Assembly (NCBI RefSeq): GCF_001447785.1
Contig: NW_015164216.1
Span: 310,001 to 374,000 of the forward strand
Direction of reading: 5' to 3'
DNA length: 64,000 nucleotides
Source: Gekko japonicus
Lineage: Eukaryota
Both the position numbers and the translations under genes were made by a program. Under the pieces are notes generated by a model that was not told the origin of the DNA, made no database searches, and worked only from the letters and a program-made list of their open reading frames with translations. Shown here in pieces: positions 10,959-24,314 of this stretch (positions within the stretch are counted from its first letter, which is position 1; every line of letters starts with the position of its first letter).

Positions 10959-13336
10959 TCCATTTAAATACACCTGGAAAAGAAAAATGAGAGGGTGGGT
11001 GGGGAATGAAGAAGAAAAACAGATGTTTCAGAGAATCTGTGCTACATTAAGAGTTGCAAAATTATATTGCTCATGAGAGGAGGAGTAGCTTCTTCCACAG
11101 TTAAGCAGCAAAATGTCTCTAATAATTCTATTCTGTTGAAAAGATAAGAGGTTTTGAATTCTTGCTGCTATTTAGACAGTTTAAGGAACTATTGTTGCTG
11201 TGAACCTGATACTTACCCCTTTTCTACACCTTTCTGTCTGACATATCCCCAATAACAGTTACTGGCCGTCTTTCTGGTGTTGTTGATGTGTTTTTAACTG
11301 AATTGTTTTATAATTTTAAGTGCATTTTAATTGCTTAAATGTTCTAGTGTTTTTTATATTCACCAGCTTGTGGCACCTGATCAGGTAGAAAGGCAGCATA
11401 AAAATGTTTGAAATAAATAAAAATAAATAAACCAACCTGTATATTTATAAATACACAGAAATTAATGTCACCCAAATCTTTAACACCTCAACCTCAAAGG
11501 AAAGTGTCTTTGTAAACAGTCACCATCCTAGAACCTACTCAAGAAAGTAGGGCGCTTAAAATGGTATTTCCTTTAAGCCCCTCCACAACAGTAGCATAAT
11601 CCTATTTGCCTATTTGACTTGGCTGCCTGAGACCAACTCACCCCCATTATTAAAACTGAGAGGAGTTCTTCTTATTCATATTGTATTCATTCACTCTAGA
11701 ACAATCTCTCCTCCACCCTTTTTTAAAAAGATGGTGCTTGTTATTTTGATGAAGATATATCAGAAAAACACACTTTGTCTTACAATATGCACCTTCAAAA
11801 ATTTTCTCACCAGCTGCAGTGAGTTAAGTGGCAGGGTGTGTACCGTATGGTGGCTTAATGTTCATACACATACATTTATTCTCAAGACAAAATGCACTCA
11901 CTCAGAGACTAAGGGCTACTATGCACGCACAGTTTACTGCAGATTTTCCAAGCAGTAAGCCTTTAAGCTTGACTTCGGATTCCGTGCCCACCTTACACAA
12001 CATTCTTATTCCTCTGGTGTATTTATTTTGCAGCTACAATGGGGGGGAAATCACACTTTTCTAAATCAGGGTGGAATGTCACTTGTGACATGGGGGGAGG
12101 GCTGGCGTCCAATTTTTTTTTTAATTACACAATTGCCCTATCACAGCTGTGCAGTAGCATCCAGCGAGCACCTTCCATTTAAATCTTCGTAGTTCAGCTT
12201 TGCGCGTGCATTTGAGTGTTCGTTCATTGAATAGAAGGGAACAGAAAGGAATGCAGACAAAGGGGGAAAACCTTCTGTTGAAACTTACAAGACTTTTTCT
12301 GAAATTGACACACAGCTGTGAAGCATTATTTTTCATATCACCGAGCACTAGGGGATTCTCTGCTGTGTTATCGGCTACTGTGAAACACGGGAAAGAATCA
12401 CATAATCTCATAATTTAGGGGAGTATGTTGAGTGTATAGAATGCATGGTAGAACCCACTGACATTGGCATTGCAAGATTTGATCATTGGCAACATGTGTG
12501 TGTGCACATTGCACATGTGTGTGCAAAGTTGGCTGCAACTGCACCATCTTTGCACAGGGCTGCAATTTAAATGGGAGAGGAGCCCTCTGGCAGAAGCTCT
12601 GGGGAGCTTTTTTAGTTTTGTGCCAGAAGTTGTTGGTGTCTTGCAAATGGTAAGTAGAGGAGATCTGCCCCACATCTGCCTCATTGCTATAGGGCTCCAG
12701 CTTCTTCTCATTATAGGGCAGCACCTCCAATATCTTTGCCCACTCTCTGGTCACCTGGGACAAAGCCTGGGGAGGGGGCGCTCCTTTGCCTGCCTGGAGA
12801 TTGGAGCCTGGAGTGGGCAAAAAGGGAGAAGAGCCCAATCAAAGCTCCCCAAGCACTGCAAGCCGGGCTGTCCCAGGAGGAGGGGTTCACGGCTTGCTGC
12901 AGTCAGCAGCAGTAGGCTAGGCTGACCAAAGAGAGGGGGTGGCCAAGCTAGGTTGAGCCCTCTCTCTTCCTTGCCTTTCCCTTCTCTCTAGCTTTGGTTT
13001 CTCAGCTCAGGAAAGCGCAGGGGAAAGATGTCTGGCAGACTGGGATGCAAACCGGAAAGGCAGGGAGGGAAGGGAAGGGAAGCAGAGATCCCTGGAAGAA
13101 CCACAGCCTTGTGGTGGCAGAAGGGCAGATGGAGAGCTGGCTCAAGATTCTAAAAAATGGGGGGGGGGTATTTTCACTGATGCCCTAACACAGCCACATA
13201 GTAACACTAAATTCCTGTCCTTCATTGCAAATTTGCATGGTTTTCACTTTGTGATTCTCTAATCTCTGAAGCATGAAAGGGAAAAATGTTTTCAAAGTTT
13301 AGGCTTCCCATCCCAGTATCTCTCTCTCTTTACATC

Positions 13337-13878
13337 TGTCATGATCTGGGCTGTGCCACCAGAGGCCTACTAGGCCCAGGGAGTCTTGCTAGCAGTAGGG
13401 GAGGCTGGGCCTACAAACCCCAGAAGGCCTTGGGAAGTTCTGGTGCCGATTTTGACCAATAGAGAAGAAGTGGGCTGGGATATAAAAGAACTAGTGCAAG
13501 AGGAAAAGCTGTTCTTCTTCCAAGAGGGCAAACCAGAAGGAAGGCTGCTGCAGGGAAGAGGCCCTCATCCTGAGAGGAAGGGTGAGCAGACTGAGGCCCA
13601 CTTGAGATAGTGAGCTAGGGACCGTAAGTTTATACACGTTAGGGCATTTGGTTCCTTTTCTTTTCACCCACTTACTGTTATTATTCTGCACCTTTTTTGA
13701 CTGACCTCCTGTAAAAATAAACCTTTTCTTTGTTGTTCACTCCACCTGGTCCTCATGCCTATTATTCAGCCAAACAAGGGAGGTCTGAAGGTCTTGGGAG
13801 GGTGCTCTGGCCCTTCTCAAGGGATCCTAAATCCAGAGTGGTGGCAGCATCAGGTGACACCCCACCTGAGCCCTGACA
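13337..13878 (+). mobile_element. Solo LTR (542 bp)
   Basis: TGTCA...TGACA termini; 5-bp TSD ACATC/ACACC; TATAAAA near 13482 and AATAAA near 13715 in LTR order. Confidence 0.75.
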
Positions 13879-14893
13879 ACACCTCATGTCAATTTCATTC
13901 CACACTGATGATCCTACACTGAAATCTTTTTTTTCTTTTTTCTTTTTGCACTGGGGACACTGCCCTTTGCCTCCTCTCTGATGCTCCCTTCAAGTCAATT
14001 GCAACAGGGAACTAAACCCTGTGCAGCTCCTTTTAAACTTTCCCCCATCATTTAAATTTTTATTCAGTGATATGAGACTACCAACAGTCTCATATAGCTA
14101 GACTCATGCTGCTTATTTTTTAAAAATGAGGGGAAAATGGAGTTTGTACACCGATGAAGGGGGGAGGATGACAGAAAGTGCAAAGTGGGTGGAACAACCT
14201 CAATGTGCAGTGACCTTCGAAGGGCAGGAAAAGGGCACGGGGAATCCAAGCGAATCTGTATGCTTTTGAATTACCTTTGGCTTGGAAGTGAAGCAAAGGG
14301 AAAACTGGCACAAAAGCACTCTCAGAAAACCTAAGGAAACAGTGAATGGAAAGTGAACTGAGCACTGAAGGGAGGAAAAATGATGCAGAATGAAAAAGAA
14401 ACCCCAACTAACATGCATGGTGAAAGTGAGGCAAAACACCCATGCATAATAGGCCTGAAAGAGCAATCCTAAGCAGGTCTACTCAGAATCATATTCAGGT
14501 TTATTCAGTTGGACTTACTCCCAGGAAAGTGTTCTTAGGATGCCACAATTAAAGTCTAAAGGCACTGAGAAGGGAGCTAAACTCTATTTACTTAATTAAA
14601 AACCTCCTTTTCTCCCCAAAGGGGACTCAAGATGACTTACAAAACTATCCACTTTTCCATTTTTTCCCCTTCACAACAGCCCTGGAAGGTGGGTTGGCTG
14701 AGAGTGTGTGACAGGTCCAAGGTCCCCCAGCAAGTTTCCGTGGCAGCGTGGAGATTAAAACCTGGGTCTCCCAGCTCCTAGCTCAGCACTGTAATCACTA
14801 TACCATGCTGGCTCTGTTATATACTTCATAAATACATCCTCTTTCTCTCCAGTGGACATCCAAAGTAGCTTACCTTGCTCTTCAGCATGGTAT

Positions 14894-15131
14894 GAGAGCC
14901 AGTGTGGTATAGTGGTTAAAGGCAGTGGACTCTAATCTGGAGAAGTGAGTTTGATTCCCCACTCCTCCACAGGACGCCTGCTGGGTGATCTTGGGCCAGT
15001 AACAGTTCTCTCGCAATTCTCTCAGCCCCACCTACCTCACAAGGTGCCTGTTGTGGGGAGATGAAGGGAAGGCAATTGAAATTCCTTAGGTAGAGAAAAG
15101 TAGGGTATAAAAATGAACTCTTTTTCTTCTT
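14894..15131 (+). mobile_element. tRNA-derived SINE (Squam3-like)
   Basis: GAGAGCCAGTGTGGTATAGTGGTTAA (A box)...GTTTGATTCCCC (B box), with a (CTT)n tail. Confidence 0.8.
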
Positions 15132-16144
15132 CCCTCCTGTTTTATCTTCACAGCATGAGTGTGTGGTGACTGGCCCAAGGTCACCCAGCAAGCTTCCACG
15201 GCAGAGTGGGGCTGAGAGAGTTCTAAGAGAACTGTGACCGACCCATGGTTACCCAGCAGGCTTTGTGTGGAGGAGTGGGGAATCATACCCAGCAAGCTTC
15301 CATGACACAATGGAGATTCAAACTTGGATCTCCGAGTGTGATCCTGTAAAGATTATGCCATTCTGGCTCTCAAAATAACTTCAAACAATGATAGTGCTGG
15401 AAATTCACAGCATTTAACAAGACATCGCCAAAAGTTTCTAAAAAATCAAAACAGGATTTACCACTAAAAACAGAGACTGTCCATAGTAAACAGGGGAAGC
15501 TAGAGTATATGACATCCTTGCCCCCAAGCCTTGAGATAGATTTCTCTCTAAGTCACTGAGTAGGGGTAGCAGCACAGTGCAAAATGGGCAGGCCTGTTGT
15601 GGGGAGATGAAGGGAAGGCAATTGAAATTCCTTAGGTAGAGAAAAGTAGGGTATAAAAATGAACTCTTTTTCTTCTTCCTCCTCCCCTCCTGTTTTATCT
15701 TCACAGCATGAGTGTGTGGTGACTGGCCCAAGGTCACCCAGCAAGCTTCCACGGCAGAGTGGGGCTGAGAGAGTTCTAAGAGAACTGTGACCGACCCATG
15801 GTTACCCAGCAGGCTTTGTGTGGAGGAGTGGGGAATCATACCCAGCAAGCTTCCATGACACAATGGAGATTCAAACTTGGATCTCCGAGTGTGATCCTGT
15901 AAAGATTATGCCATTCTGGCTCTCAAAATAACTTCAAACAATGATAGTGCTGGAAATTCACAGCATTTAACAAGACATCGCCAAAAGTTTCTAAAAAATC
16001 AAAACAGGATTTACCACTAAAAACAGAGACTGTCCATGGTAAACCGGGGAAGCTGGAGTATATGACATCCTTGCCCCCAAGCCTTGAGATAGATTTCTCT
16101 CTAAGTCGCTGAGTAGGGGTAGCAGCACAGTGCAAAATGGGCAG
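15046..16144. repeat. Near-perfect tandem duplication (546 + 553 bp)
   Basis: Copies at 15046-15591 and 15592-16144 differ by a 7-nt microsatellite indel and about 4 substitutions. Confidence 0.95.
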
Positions 16145-17177
16145 GTGTGCAAGCCTAGGTGTATGGCACAGGCAGGTCCTTCAGTTCTCCTCAATACCAC
16201 CTGTTTACCTGTGCCATTTGTGGCCCCATGTTTCAGGTTGGCCAGCCATGTGCTAAGCCCAGCATCAGAATAAAAAGTTATCTCTCTTACTAGAAACCAA
16301 ACTAGATTCAAACCTTTGAGGCTGAAACCAAGAGTGGAAAGGATGCTTAATTTGCCCTTTTCCTGCTATTTCTCCACAACAGTCCCCAAAGTAGCTTTCC
16401 CATCCTGGAGGACTCCATATTTTCTCCCTCCTGTATGAAGAAAAATAGTCTGAGGAAAGCAATTTTGAGCTGAAAAATGAACAGAGGGAAAGGGGTTAAG
16501 TAGCATTTCACCATCTACCAAAAGATGCTTTAGGCAGAAAATGAAAAAACAGAGGAAGTAAAGCAGAACTGTGTAGTGGCTAGTTTGGACTTACGGTGCC
16601 TGGAGAGATGGATATTGTGTCTTCTACATCGCAAATATGATACACTCCATCCTGCACATTAGTCAAGTGAACTATATCACCTATATACTAGGTAGGCAAT
16701 GAATCTCAAAAGTACTGCCAATTAACACAGGTGCAACTGTTTTTACCTCAGATTTTAAAAATACCACTGTACAAGAGGTACTATGCTGGTGTTATGAATC
16801 CTGTTTGAAGGGGGGGGAGAAATTCTCCTAGTGCTTAAATCTCCATGCTGCTATAACAGATTCAAGCACTCCAGAATACACTTCAGGCATTAATATATTT
16901 CAATAGCAATTCATCAACAGCAATTCAGTGGAAGAGAAAATGTTGGGAAAGACATTACAGTCTCTTTGTCTTTATTTGAGAATAGTTACAATCCCCACCT
17001 TCCCTTTTATACATTCCTGACTTTCATGGCATTTGATTTCAAGTCTCATTGAAAATCAGTTGCTCAGTAAACATCCTATGGCATCAGCATCTGGCGGGTG
17101 CTTCAGTTTTAATCTGAGCAATGCGAATCCTCCAGTCACTGGAAGTGGCTCCATCTCAGTGCACTCAATGCAACAAG

Positions 17178-17233
17178 CGTGTGTGTGTGTGTGTATGTGT
17201 GTGTGTGTGTGTTTGTGTGGAGAGAGAGAGAGA
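17178..17233. repeat. (TG)n(AG)n microsatellite
   Basis: Read directly. Confidence 0.95.
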
Positions 17234-18633
17234 GGATAAATATAATATGAGTGCATCACAGAGAAAAGGAAGGACAGAGGACATCAAAAGTGACTTAATG
17301 GAGCAGCAAAAAGACTATCATCTGGCAAACACCACTCTAGGGAGCAAGATGAAATTAATGGCTAGAAGAAAGCCAGCAATATGGGAAAGGATGTGCTGTT
17401 TCTCAAACCCAGAAAATTACTCCAGATGCACCATGTACATGGATAGCACTAATAATATTAAATAGGTGTGATGGCATTTTACTTCCAGCTGTGACAACAC
17501 AGACAAATGAAGCATCTAAGGGGGAAAACATGTTTTGTTTTTGAAATGCAAGATGACAGGGCTGAAACTTGCTGGTAAATCATTCCCTGCAACTTAGTCC
17601 TTTGTGCCGATTAAGCAGGAGCCGGTTATAGCTCCTCAGTGCAGGATTATCTCCTGCTGAGATGTTAATTAATTAGCAAGCCCACAGTGCTGCTTCGGAC
17701 AATCAGAAAAGTGGTGCCGGGCTGGTGGGGAAAGCATTTAACCATTTCTTCTCTTGCTTCTTACACAATCCGATCTCACCCCCAACTGAAAGTAGCTCCA
17801 TGTTAGGGGGGGAATATGCTGTCTCGCCTCAGCCCAACCCAAAAAGAGGTAATTGCCTCTTCAAGGGGAGGCAACTTGCATCAGATAAATGATGCCAGAA
17901 AAACAGTTAAAAACTTGCCTTTCCTACATTAGTCCCTCAGTTTTTAAAGCAAACCCATGGAACCGTTCATCTGTAAAATACATATGCTGGAGACTCTAAC
18001 CACAGATATCTCAAATCACATGCATTTAAACCTTAATGGTGAAGAGAAAGCACTCTGCTCAAGCTGAGTGGTTACTCCCTGTATTCAATGTGTTCATGGT
18101 GATCAGTTCTAGCACTGAAACATGTTCTAGAAGGTTGATCCATGGCTCTAACTGAACCATATGAAACATACCTGGGTAATAACATGCCATCTAAAAGAAC
18201 AGACAGCGAAACATTTTTCTCCCTTTGGTGCTCCCATTGTTTAATTGAGGCATTGCCAAGCTACTTCTATTGGGCCAGGCCATGAGCGCTAAACTTCCCT
18301 TAACAATTCACAAGAGCATCAGAACTATGGTATTCACTTAACCAAGCTGAATGTCTCATCTGGAGCATTGCCTTCAGTTACTTTTTCACCAGCTTTAGTA
18401 CACACAATAGGAAACCCAGTTCTGAGAGTAATAAGGCTGGGAAAATACATGCATTCCCCTATCCACGCAATGACAACAACACATATTGGGAGGATTGAGT
18501 GTTGCACACTCTCCTAGTATGCAAACCAGGAGTGCCAAAATAATTAATGACTGAAAAAAGCTTTTACTCTTGCACTGATATCGAAGAAGCTGAGAAGTAG
18601 ACTTTCTTCTTATGTTTACATGTAAAATAAAAG

Positions 18634-18850
18634 AGCAGCTAGATTTGAGTCCAGTCACACTTCAGAAACCAACAAGATTTGGGGGGGGGGGGTATGAGCT
18701 GTTGAGATTCAAAACTCCCTTAATCAGATCTGACAAAGGTTGACTCTCAAAAGCTTATACCCTGGAAATCCTGTTCTTCGTCTCTAAAGTTCTACTGGAC
18801 TCTAATCCAGCTGCTGTACTGCAGACCAACGCAGCTACACTTCGAAAGCA
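18634..18850. mobile_element. Head-to-head palindrome of Penelope-type terminal repeats
   Basis: AGCAGCTAGATTTGAGTCCAGT...ACTGGACTCTAATCCAGCTGCT arranged around the axis TCAGATCTGA (18724-18733). Confidence 0.65.
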
Positions 18851-19301
18851 TCATCAAAGGAAAGAGAAAGTTGGTGGTGTTTCTAATTTAGAGGAAGTGT
18901 TTGTAGGTTTGAGAGGCAAGACTGAAGCCATTTTAAACTGTTTTGAGCAGCTCAGGCCAGAGACTCCCTTAGGCAAGCTAATTTGAGTTGAGCAAGCTAA
19001 GCTAAATTCAGTTAAAGTGCAAAACAGGATGTGGCAAAGTGGGTAAGGGGACAAAGATGTCCCATACTGTCTATTGTCACACACAAGAACATGATTATTC
19101 ATAACTACAAATATCGGGTTACCCCTTCCCCATACTGCTCTGCTCCTCCAATTTCTGAGAAGCATTTATTCTCCTGTATCCATGTTTATATTCTTTTACC
19201 CTCAGTAATCCCAGCTAAAACACCTATAGACTTCAACAAGCCTGACGGGACTCTCTTATCAACTGTTATTCGAACTATAGCCAGTCCTCACTACACCACT
19301 A

Positions 19302-19584
19302 CAGTCTGGTGTAGTGGTTAAGTGCGCGGACTCTCATCTGGGAGAACCGGGTTTGATTCCCCACTCCTCCACTTGCACCTGGCTGGATGACCTTGGGCAA
19401 GCCGTAGCTCTGATGAGAGCTGTTCTTGAAAAAAGAGCAGTTTCTGTCAAGAGCTCTCTCAGCCCCACCCACCTCACAGGGTGTCTGTTGTGGGGAGGGG
19501 AAGGGAAAGGAGTTTGTAAGCCGCTCTGAGACACCTTTGGGTAGTGAAGGGCGGGATATAAATCCAATCTCTTCTTCTTCTTCT
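19302..19584 (+). mobile_element. tRNA-derived SINE (Squam3-like)
   Basis: TGGTGTAGTGGTTAAG A box, GGTTTGATTCCCC B box, 3' ATAAATCCAATC(TCT)n tail. Confidence 0.88.
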
Positions 19585-20995
19585 CACACCGTAACAGCAC
19601 TGAAGCTGTGGGAAGATGCATTTAACCGCACCTCACTTAAAAGAACTGGAGGCAGTTTCTCGATGCTTTATTGTCTTCAGAATCCAATCCAGTTGCAAAA
19701 CAGCATGTTCTCTTTGAATTTTCTCTTCAGGGTATTACGGTGTTAAGAAATGTTTGTTTTCTTCATTCTGAGGGCATTTAGGTGTTAATCAAAATCACAG
19801 TTTGCTGGCTTTAAGGATTTTTTTTTCTTTTGTAAGCAACCAATTAATCCATACTGATTCCAATCATGTCAGGAGTGTTTAAACTGAGGCCTCCTCTGAA
19901 GTCAGGAGGAAAAAAAACAGCTCAGCTACACATATACCCCTTTAACTGCCTGGCCCATACCTACATCTAAGCTTCCTGGCAATCGTCTAAAACCCGAATG
20001 CTGGATTTGTTCCCGGCAACCAGAATAATGCCATTATTCATGGTATTAAAAATAGGTGACATTTTAAAATTTAATGTGCCTTGCTTTACTGAAGTAGCCC
20101 TGTCGAGACCCAGCTGTCTGGTACAATTGCCCCTGATCAAAGCGTCAACAGCAGCAACTTCAGTTTGAACACTGCATGTTGTGACCACAAAAGACAATGG
20201 ATCTTTTCTGGTGCTATGTATGCATAGTTATGGAAGAAAACTAGGGCTACCATTTGCCTTTCCCATCTCCACTCAGTGGGAGAAAAGGGGGGGGGCATTA
20301 GTGCATCATGTGCACTGCCCTAGTGTTTGTCCAAAACTCTGTCGTTAAACTACAGAATCAAATGCTACATCATGGCCTGTAAATTTCAAGACATACAAAA
20401 AAATCTGGTGTCAAAAAGGTTCTATTTTAGAGCTCAAAGAACATCTAATAAATTTGCCTGACTTAAGTGACTTCTCCAGAATAAGTCTGGTATCCAGGGT
20501 AAATACAAGACAATCTATAGGGTGTCAGATACCAAGACGACGTCGTTTACACAACATTTTCTTTTAACTGTTCGATACACATGTGTCCTTAACCATTCTC
20601 AAAGATCCTCTGGCAATTATAAAGATAACATTTTATTCCAGTTATCAGCATGTCTAGGATTTTTCCTGGCAGGCTTAAGTTACCAGGAGGGACAAGGGTC
20701 ATATAAGCAGGTGGTAAGTCTCAGACTTCCAAGAATCCTGCCCATAACCCCAGACTGAAGAAACTGAGAAGTATCCCATACAACTGGACAAGTTGGTATC
20801 CTGACACCATATGCTAACAACATTCCAAAATGGAAGTTCATTATGTTTTCAGAATCTTGCCATAACTGCAAGGAACATGGGACACATGTCAGTTCATGGC
20901 AGGAATCTTCCCTCAACCAAGACATACCCCAAGAGGATGCAAGAATCTAGCCACTGACAGTATAACATAATCTCCGTTGAATCTCAGCAAGACAG

Positions 20996-21278
20996 ATGAA
21001 GAAGAAGAAGAAAAGATTGGATTTATACCCCACCCTTCACTCGGAGTCTCAGAGCGGCTTACAAACTCCTTTCCCTTCCCCTCCCCACAACAGACACCCT
21101 GTGAGGTGGGTGGGGCTGAGAGAACTCTGACACAAACTGCTCTTTCAGGAACAGCTGTGCCAGAGCTTGTGACTGACCCAAGGTCACATCAGCAGGTGCA
21201 AGTGGAGGAGTGGGGAATCAAACCCGGTCCTCCCAGATTAGATTACGCGCACTTAGCCACTACACCAAACTGGCTCTC
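20996..21278 (-). mobile_element. tRNA-derived SINE (Squam3-like), full length
   Basis: Reverse complement of the 19302 family; short TSD-like AGATG on both sides. Confidence 0.88.
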
Positions 21279-24155
21279 AGATGGACTATAAATCAAATAA
21301 ATAGCTGGTAGAAGTCAGTCCTCTTCCGTCATGTGAACTCGGGGTGAGCCAGAACAGACTCAGTTCCCTATGCACCAGGACTGCAAAGATCAGAAGTGCT
21401 AAAAGATAGTGTCTGTAAATTGGAGCCATCTGGCTACACCCCTCTGGGTATTTTCTCATATTACTAGCAGCAAGCCCTGTATATGTGAAGCAGCTGGTAT
21501 AAATATGCTACTGATAAACACACACAGGCTGTACTAAGTCTGCTTGCACCATGTTGTCCACAAACCTTTCCATAAAGAGACTCAGCCAGAGGTGATGAAG
21601 AAGGTGCACAGTAGCTGAAGTGCTGTGCCTGCTTAGCAAAAACACAACTGCCAGGTCCAACCTGATACACCTTTCTCCAAAGAAAGCTTCCTTCCATCAG
21701 CCCTACCACGCTCAGACATCACCATGCACTGTGGCAGGAGGAGCCTCCAGCATCTGACTCTTGCTCATACAAGATGATCAACAGAGAATCCCGCTTGCCT
21801 GCAAGACTGCTTTCTGCCCACCTGACTAACAGTGGGTGAAGTCAGAGCAGCCATCACAAAGAGAATGAGAGGACGGCAGAGAAAGAAATGCTGCTTGCGA
21901 AGCAGGATAGAAAGGTGGCTAAAGGCACAAGGAACAGAAGAAAGGGGGTGGCGGGGAAAAGGATGGGCAAAAAGAAAATATGAGATGCATGCTCAGAGGG
22001 AGAGAAGAGAGGGATTAAAGCTATGTAAGGCAAGAAAGGACCTGGAGAGGAAAGTGGGAAAAGAACAGTTTTTGAAATGCCTTTGTCCTACTGCAAGGTT
22101 GTGAAGTACAACCAAGGCTTTGAGAAATACTGATATGGACAGGGGAATGTGAAGGAAAGACAGGAGATTTGGAGAAAACGAGGCTTTTCGTTGAAAACTT
22201 GGGGCTTGCGCACACCAAAAAGGAAACTTTTTCATTTTAATTCTTTTGAAAAAGACAGTGACAAGAACAGCCTGGAAAGAGCCCCTTTCTCCATCTTCCA
22301 GACATTTTGAGGTGAAATGGCCATAACATCCCTCTAATGATGCTGTTATCATGATAATATAATGGTTTCCAACTGCTTCCACTGAATGGGGATATGAAAT
22401 TTGTTGTCGACAAATAAGAAGCTGGGGGGGGGGCTAGAAAGCATTTTGTCACATGAAGAATCTAAACTCTACTGTGATGAGATGAGGGGCAAGGGGGCAA
22501 CAGATGCCTTAACAGTTACAGTGAAGGAAAGCCATCCAGGCGACTCTGTGGCTAGGTAGAGGGGACTCTATCACACGTCAGTCTATGCTCAGTGACAGCA
22601 CGGATTCCTCAGACAAACAGCTGCCTGCAGCCAGCCCGCAGTCAGTAATTGAACTGCTGGCTGCAGCTGGCTCTGAGCCAGGAGGAGAGCAACAAGAGAT
22701 CAGATGACTGGCTGAGCAGAAGTCACAGCCTACAGCTGAAACCAAGCCATCACCTTGTAGCTCCAAAGCTGTAAAAAAAAGTCTCCAGAAGCCACTCCCA
22801 GCCCACCTAGTTTGACGCTGTCAGAGGTGCACAGAGTTGCAGGAAAGGAGAAGAAGTGCAAGACCTATGGCCATCGTCAGCTGTCAACTGACAAGATGGA
22901 TGAGTCGTTTCAGGATGACTGCCAAGGTATTGGCTGGGAGTGTAGTTCATTAAGACTTGGCTATATAAAATCAGCCAGGAGAAGCAGCAGTTTCATGAAC
23001 ACAACAAATACACATTGCTACTGAACCACTGACCTTGCTGTTACCAGACCAATGGACCCTTGACCCCTGGACTGGACCTGACTATTGGCTTTTAGTCGGT
23101 CCCTCAGTTCCTTAGGCCAGGTCAGAATATATCTAAATACATTTAAACAGCAAAACAAAGAAGAAAGAAAAGGGACTCCCCAACTAAGAAAAAGAAGAAG
23201 GGAAGCAAGGGGAATCATTATAGTCATTCTGTCCAGTCAGTTGTGGATATTAAATTCACATTGTTCAGAATAAGGCAAACAACAATTATGATGGAGATTT
23301 ACATACTAGAAGAAAACAACTTAAAAGTTTATCAGTTGGGTGTTTTGAAAGTTCCTTATAGCCATTGATCTGGATCTTTATGCAGTACTATGGCTTAGCA
23401 TCTTCTGTCTAGACACTCACAAGGAGAAACTGAAAGAGCACTCCTGTTTTGAAGCTGTGTCCCCTCCCTCCCCCAGTATCTTGGCTAGATATCCTCTGTG
23501 GCTTGGCACAGAACTGTTCAGAGGAGACTGAAATCTAGTCTCCGGTCTCATCTAACAGCCTGTTGACAGATGCCCATAATAAGACAGTAATTTTTAAAAC
23601 CTCTTATTTGCTCAGGAACAGCTTCTTCCAGCTGTTCTTCCTTACAGTCATAAACTTCAACTAATTAAAATATGTGTTGTTTTCTTTTACAGAGAAAAGT
23701 AAAATGTGAAGTTTTACAGCAGTGTCTCCTAAACCAAAAAATACAAAAGTTCTCTTTGCCTATGACTTCCTACATACCCCCTTGGTATTCTTATGTCCTT
23801 TTCACAGGTTAGGGCAAGGATGCTGCTATAAAAGAATGTTATAATATTGCCATTCATCCCCTGCAGAACAGAGTCATTAGACATGAGCAGGAAACCAGAA
23901 AATCAGATCTATGCAATTTTTAACCACTGAACTCAGCCACAGCTGAATGAGCTCATAAGATGAGGACCATTTCTTGAGGGCAAACCCTCCAGAAGTGATC
24001 CTAGAAATCGTGTGCCCAACTGCCAGTAGTCCATTACTTGGAGTGAGTACACAGCTACACATATGATTCACCCAATTTCTCCAATTCTTCCACCCTCAGC
24101 TAGAAAAGGAAAACTGATCAATCATGCATATAACCATACATGTGGATGCCCAGGG

Positions 24156-24314
24156 CAAGGGTGTAGAATTTCCAATTTCCCGGGGGGGGCTGGGGCTCGA
24201 CCAGAGGCATTGCGTTGCTAGGAGCAATGGTGGCTCCCGGGGGAGGCTGAGTACCTTCCTGAAAATTTCGGCGGGGGCTCACGCCCCGCCGCCCCCACGA
24301 AGATTACGCCTATG
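24156..24314. mobile_element. Small hAT MITE (159 bp)
   Basis: Perfect 8-bp TSD GCCCAGGG (24148-24155, 24315-24322); imperfect TIR CAAGGGTGTA/TACGCCTATG; CpG-rich. Confidence 0.75.

Noticed and set aside
12398-12925. 146- and 153-aa overlapping ORFs
   Set aside because: They span probable repeat fragments, have no splice or homology support, and are open on both strands.
19302-19365. tRNA-like heads as tRNA genes
   Set aside because: They are SINE heads with A/B boxes but no complete cloverleaf, and they continue into SINE bodies.
22400-23120. Possible LTR (TATAAAA near 22964)
   Set aside because: Could not find matching TG...CA ends, a TSD or a poly(A) signal.
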